NCBI GenBank assembly: GCA_028699175.1
Contig: JAQVVC010000002.1
Location: forward strand, 6,731 to 46,235
Source of the DNA: Bacilli bacterium
GTDB lineage: Bacteria > Bacillota_I > Bacilli_A > RF39 > UBA660
DNA: 39,505 nucleotides
Direction: 5' to 3'
Shown piece after piece: positions 37,243-39,505 of this stretch. Each line of letters begins with the position of its first letter. Position 1 is the first letter of the stretch. A program made the translations under genes and the position numbers. A model generated the notes under the pieces. That model was not told the DNA's origin and did no database searches. It saw only the letters and a program-made list of their open reading frames with translations.

Positions 37243-37852
37243 TTATATCACCTTCGTTTATTAAAACATTTATTGGTTTAAATGTAAATCTATAATTGTC
37301 AAGTAATCCGTATTTTTTTATATTTTCCATGTGCATTTTAGTTCCATATCCTTTATGATGTTTAAATCCATATTCTGGAAATTTCAAATCAAGTTTATCC
37401 ATTAATTTATCTCTTGTTACTTTTGCAATAATTGAAGCAGCTGCAATACTTATACTGTTAGCATCTCCTTTAATAATACTAGTGCTTTTTATCTTTAAAT
37501 CTAGTTTAACTGCATCAATTAATATATGTTCTGGAACTATACTTAAATTATTAATAGCTTCAATCATAGCTTTTTTGGTAGCTTCTAATATATTAATTTC
37601 ATCAATAATATTATTTTCAATAATACTAATTCCAATACTTAAAGCATCTCTATTTATAATTTCAAACATTAAATCTCTTTTTTTAGGATTTAATTTTTTG
37701 GAATCATTTATACCTTCATGATAATAATTTTTAGGTAAAATAACTGCAGCTGCAACAACAGGACCAACTAAAGGACCTCTTCCTGCCTCATCAACCCCGG
37801 CTATTAATGTAATGCCTTTATTATTCAATTCTTTTTCATACTCATTTAACAT
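37211..37852 (-). CDS. rnhB: Ribonuclease HII
   Basis: 213 aa with IAGVDEAGRGPLVGPVVAAAV, DSKKL, AASIIAKVTRD and GYGT. Its 3' end overlaps the LtaS-like start by 32 nt. Confidence 0.93.
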   Translation of the reverse strand: MLNEYEKELNNKGITLIAGVDEAGRGPLVGPVVAAAVILPKNYYHEGINDSKKLNPKKRDLMFEIINRDALSIGISIIENNIIDEINILEATKKAMIEAINNLSIVPEHILIDAVKLDLKIKSTSIIKGDANSISIAAASIIAKVTRDKLMDKLDLKFPEYGFKHHKGYGTKMHMENIKKYGLLDNYRFTFKPINVLINEGDINERKIRKTNI

Positions 37853-38712
37853 TATATTCCTCTATCAAGTGTAATACCTTTAAGATATTCATTTTTAAGA
37901 TCATTAATTACCATATTACTAACCTTTTCAAAATCAATAATATTACCTTTAGTAATTGCTCCTATTTTTCTTCCAATAATACTATATGCATCTTCTATAT
38001 TTGTTTCATCAAAATTATCTAAATTATATCGTTCTTTAAGAATACGAGGATAATATTTATTTAGGGTATTTAAAATATAGATAGCAACTTCATTTATAGG
38101 TAAAACTTCATTTTTGATAGCTGATGTACAAGCTAAATTAAAAGCAATTTCTTCAGACGAAAATTTAGGCCATAAAATACCAGGAGTATCTAGGACTAAA
38201 ATATTATATTTAGTTTTAAGCCAAGAGTTTACTTTCGTAATACCAGGTTTATTTCCAACATTAGCAACCTTTTTACCGGCCATTTTATTAATTAATGTGC
38301 TTTTCCCTACATTAGGTATCCCAACAACTAATGACTTTATTTCTTTCGGTTTTAAGCCTTTTAAAAATCTTTTATAATTAATATCTTTAACTACTTCACT
38401 AGTTAAATCTATTACTTTTTTATAATCATTATTATTATTTAAATTTAATAGTAATACCTTATATCCTTTGTCTTCATAATATTTTACCCATTTATTAGTA
38501 ACTTTAAGATCACATAAATCTTTTTTAGTCATAATTAATATTCTTACTTTATTTTTAATTAATTTATCAATATCAACTATTTTAGAAGAAAAAGGAATTC
38601 GAGCATCAATAAGTTCATATACTATATCGATTATAGGTAATAATTTAGTTATTTCTCTTTTAGTTTTTTCCATATGCCCAGGATACCAATTGATGTTGGT
38701 TTTATTATCCAT
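37852..38712 (-). CDS. rbgA: Ribosome biogenesis GTPase A (YlqF, circularly permuted GTPase)
   Basis: NWYPGHMEKT, DARIP, MTKKDL, GIPNVGKSTLIN, DTPGILWP. ATG 38712 has a GAGGAG SD (track start 38736). Confidence 0.93.
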   Translation of the reverse strand: MDNKTNINWYPGHMEKTKREITKLLPIIDIVYELIDARIPFSSKIVDIDKLIKNKVRILIMTKKDLCDLKVTNKWVKYYEDKGYKVLLLNLNNNNDYKKVIDLTSEVVKDINYKRFLKGLKPKEIKSLVVGIPNVGKSTLINKMAGKKVANVGNKPGITKVNSWLKTKYNILVLDTPGILWPKFSSEEIAFNLACTSAIKNEVLPINEVAIYILNTLNKYYPRILKERYNLDNFDETNIEDAYSIIGRKIGAITKGNIIDFEKVSNMVINDLKNEYLKGITLDRGI

Positions 38713-38896
38713 AATTATCACTCCTCTTAGCATCAAAATCTACAAATTAATTATATCATAATTTATAATATCAATATAGTTATTTGATTTTTTAAATAAA
38801 TTGACTCAAACCTTATTATTTTGATATATTAAATAAGACATAAATATTTTAAATTTATATTCATATAATAAATTTGAAAATATAAGGAGATACATA

Positions 38897-39505
38897 ATGA
38901 AAAGAACAAAAATAAAAGACCGAATATTACCTAATTATACTAAAGGTGAGGAAATAATGAATATGGTTACTCATATAATCGGTGGGGTTATTGGTATTGT
39001 AGCATTAATTTTATGTATTATATTTTCATGTTTACATAAAGATGGTTATGCTTTAGCTGGATCGATAGTATTTGGAATATCGATGATCTTACTTTACACT
39101 ACATCTAGTATATACCATGGATTAAGTCCTAAAAAAAGTACCGCTAAAAAAGTTTTTCAAGTCCTTGATCATTGTACAATTTTTATTCTAATAGCTGGTA
39201 CTTATACGCCAATATTATTAACTGGTATAAGAATTCATTCTCCTGCATTAGCTTGGAGTTTATTTGGAATATTATGGGGAGTTGCCATATTAGGTATTAT
39301 TTTTAATTCTATCGATATAAAAAGATATAAGAAATTTTCAATGATATGTTATTTAGCCATGGGATGGTGTATTATAATTACTGCCAAAGATATTGTTTCA
39401 ATCCTTGGAGTTCCAGCAGTAACTTTATTGTTAGCTGGAGGTATTGCTTATACTATTGGAGCAATATTATATGGTATAGGTAGTAAAAAGAAATATTTTC
39501 ATAGT
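38897..39505 (+). CDS. Hemolysin-III/PAQR family membrane protein (YplQ-like), C-terminus cut by the window edge
   Basis: Missing from the ORF track (no stop in the window). AAGGAG SD, then MKRTKIKDRILPNYTKGEEIMNMVTHIIGGVIGI...LYTTSSIYHGL...VLDHCTIFILIAGTYTP. A TTGACT-18-TATATT promoter with a TG extension lies at 38801-38830. Confidence 0.85.
   Translation, partial: MKRTKIKDRILPNYTKGEEIMNMVTHIIGGVIGIVALILCIIFSCLHKDGYALAGSIVFGISMILLYTTSSIYHGLSPKKSTAKKVFQVLDHCTIFILIAGTYTPILLTGIRIHSPALAWSLFGILWGVAILGIIFNSIDIKRYKKFSMICYLAMGWCIIITAKDIVSILGVPAVTLLLAGGIAYTIGAILYGIGSKKKYFHS

Noticed and set aside
1-39505. Mycoplasma/Spiroplasma genetic code (TGA=Trp), CRISPR arrays or tandem repeat arrays
   Set aside because: The conserved genes appear to read through at the lengths I would expect under the standard code, and TGA is used as a stop (relA/dtd ATGA junction, rarA). 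By eye I saw no spaced direct-repeat array and no repeat longer than about 15 bp.

Overview
Very AT-rich, tightly packed chromosomal segment from a low-GC Bacillota-type genome. The genetic code is standard: Trp is TGG, and the Rel gene ends in TGA overlapping the dtd ATG, so this is not Mycoplasma code 4. I call about 40 protein genes, most of them housekeeping. They fall into blocks that, from memory, match Bacillus subtilis gene order: spoVB-comN ... relA-dtd; hisS-aspS ... 6S RNA-yrvM(tcdA)-rarA ... mnmA; trmK-sigA-dnaG; rbgA-rnhB ... topA. Both window edges cut genes that the ORF track misses: a SpoVB/MurJ-like flippase at 1-1217(-) and a hemolysin-III family protein at 38897-39505(+). 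RNA and regulatory elements are a T-box leader upstream of a translationally coupled hisS-aspS-gatCAB cluster, a structured ~165-nt RNA (6S-like) directly upstream of tcdA, and several intrinsic terminators. I saw no CRISPR array, tRNA, rRNA, transposase or prophage genes. The most interesting non-core content is (1) an orphan AbiEii-like nucleotidyltransferase followed by a HerA/FtsK-type ATPase (13943-16609), inserted between gatB and the 6S/tcdA locus and proposed here as an effector-HerA type defence module; (2) a degenerate RnfC-like/RnfD-like pair with an unrecognisable 387-aa gene (29633-32895) and no other rnf genes in the window; (3) a T-box whose acceptor-pairing bulge and specifier region do not fit tRNA-His; (4) a long RSH (Rel) with substituted hydrolase catalytic motifs. 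All calls come from reading the sequence and remembered family motifs. No searches or folding programs were run.
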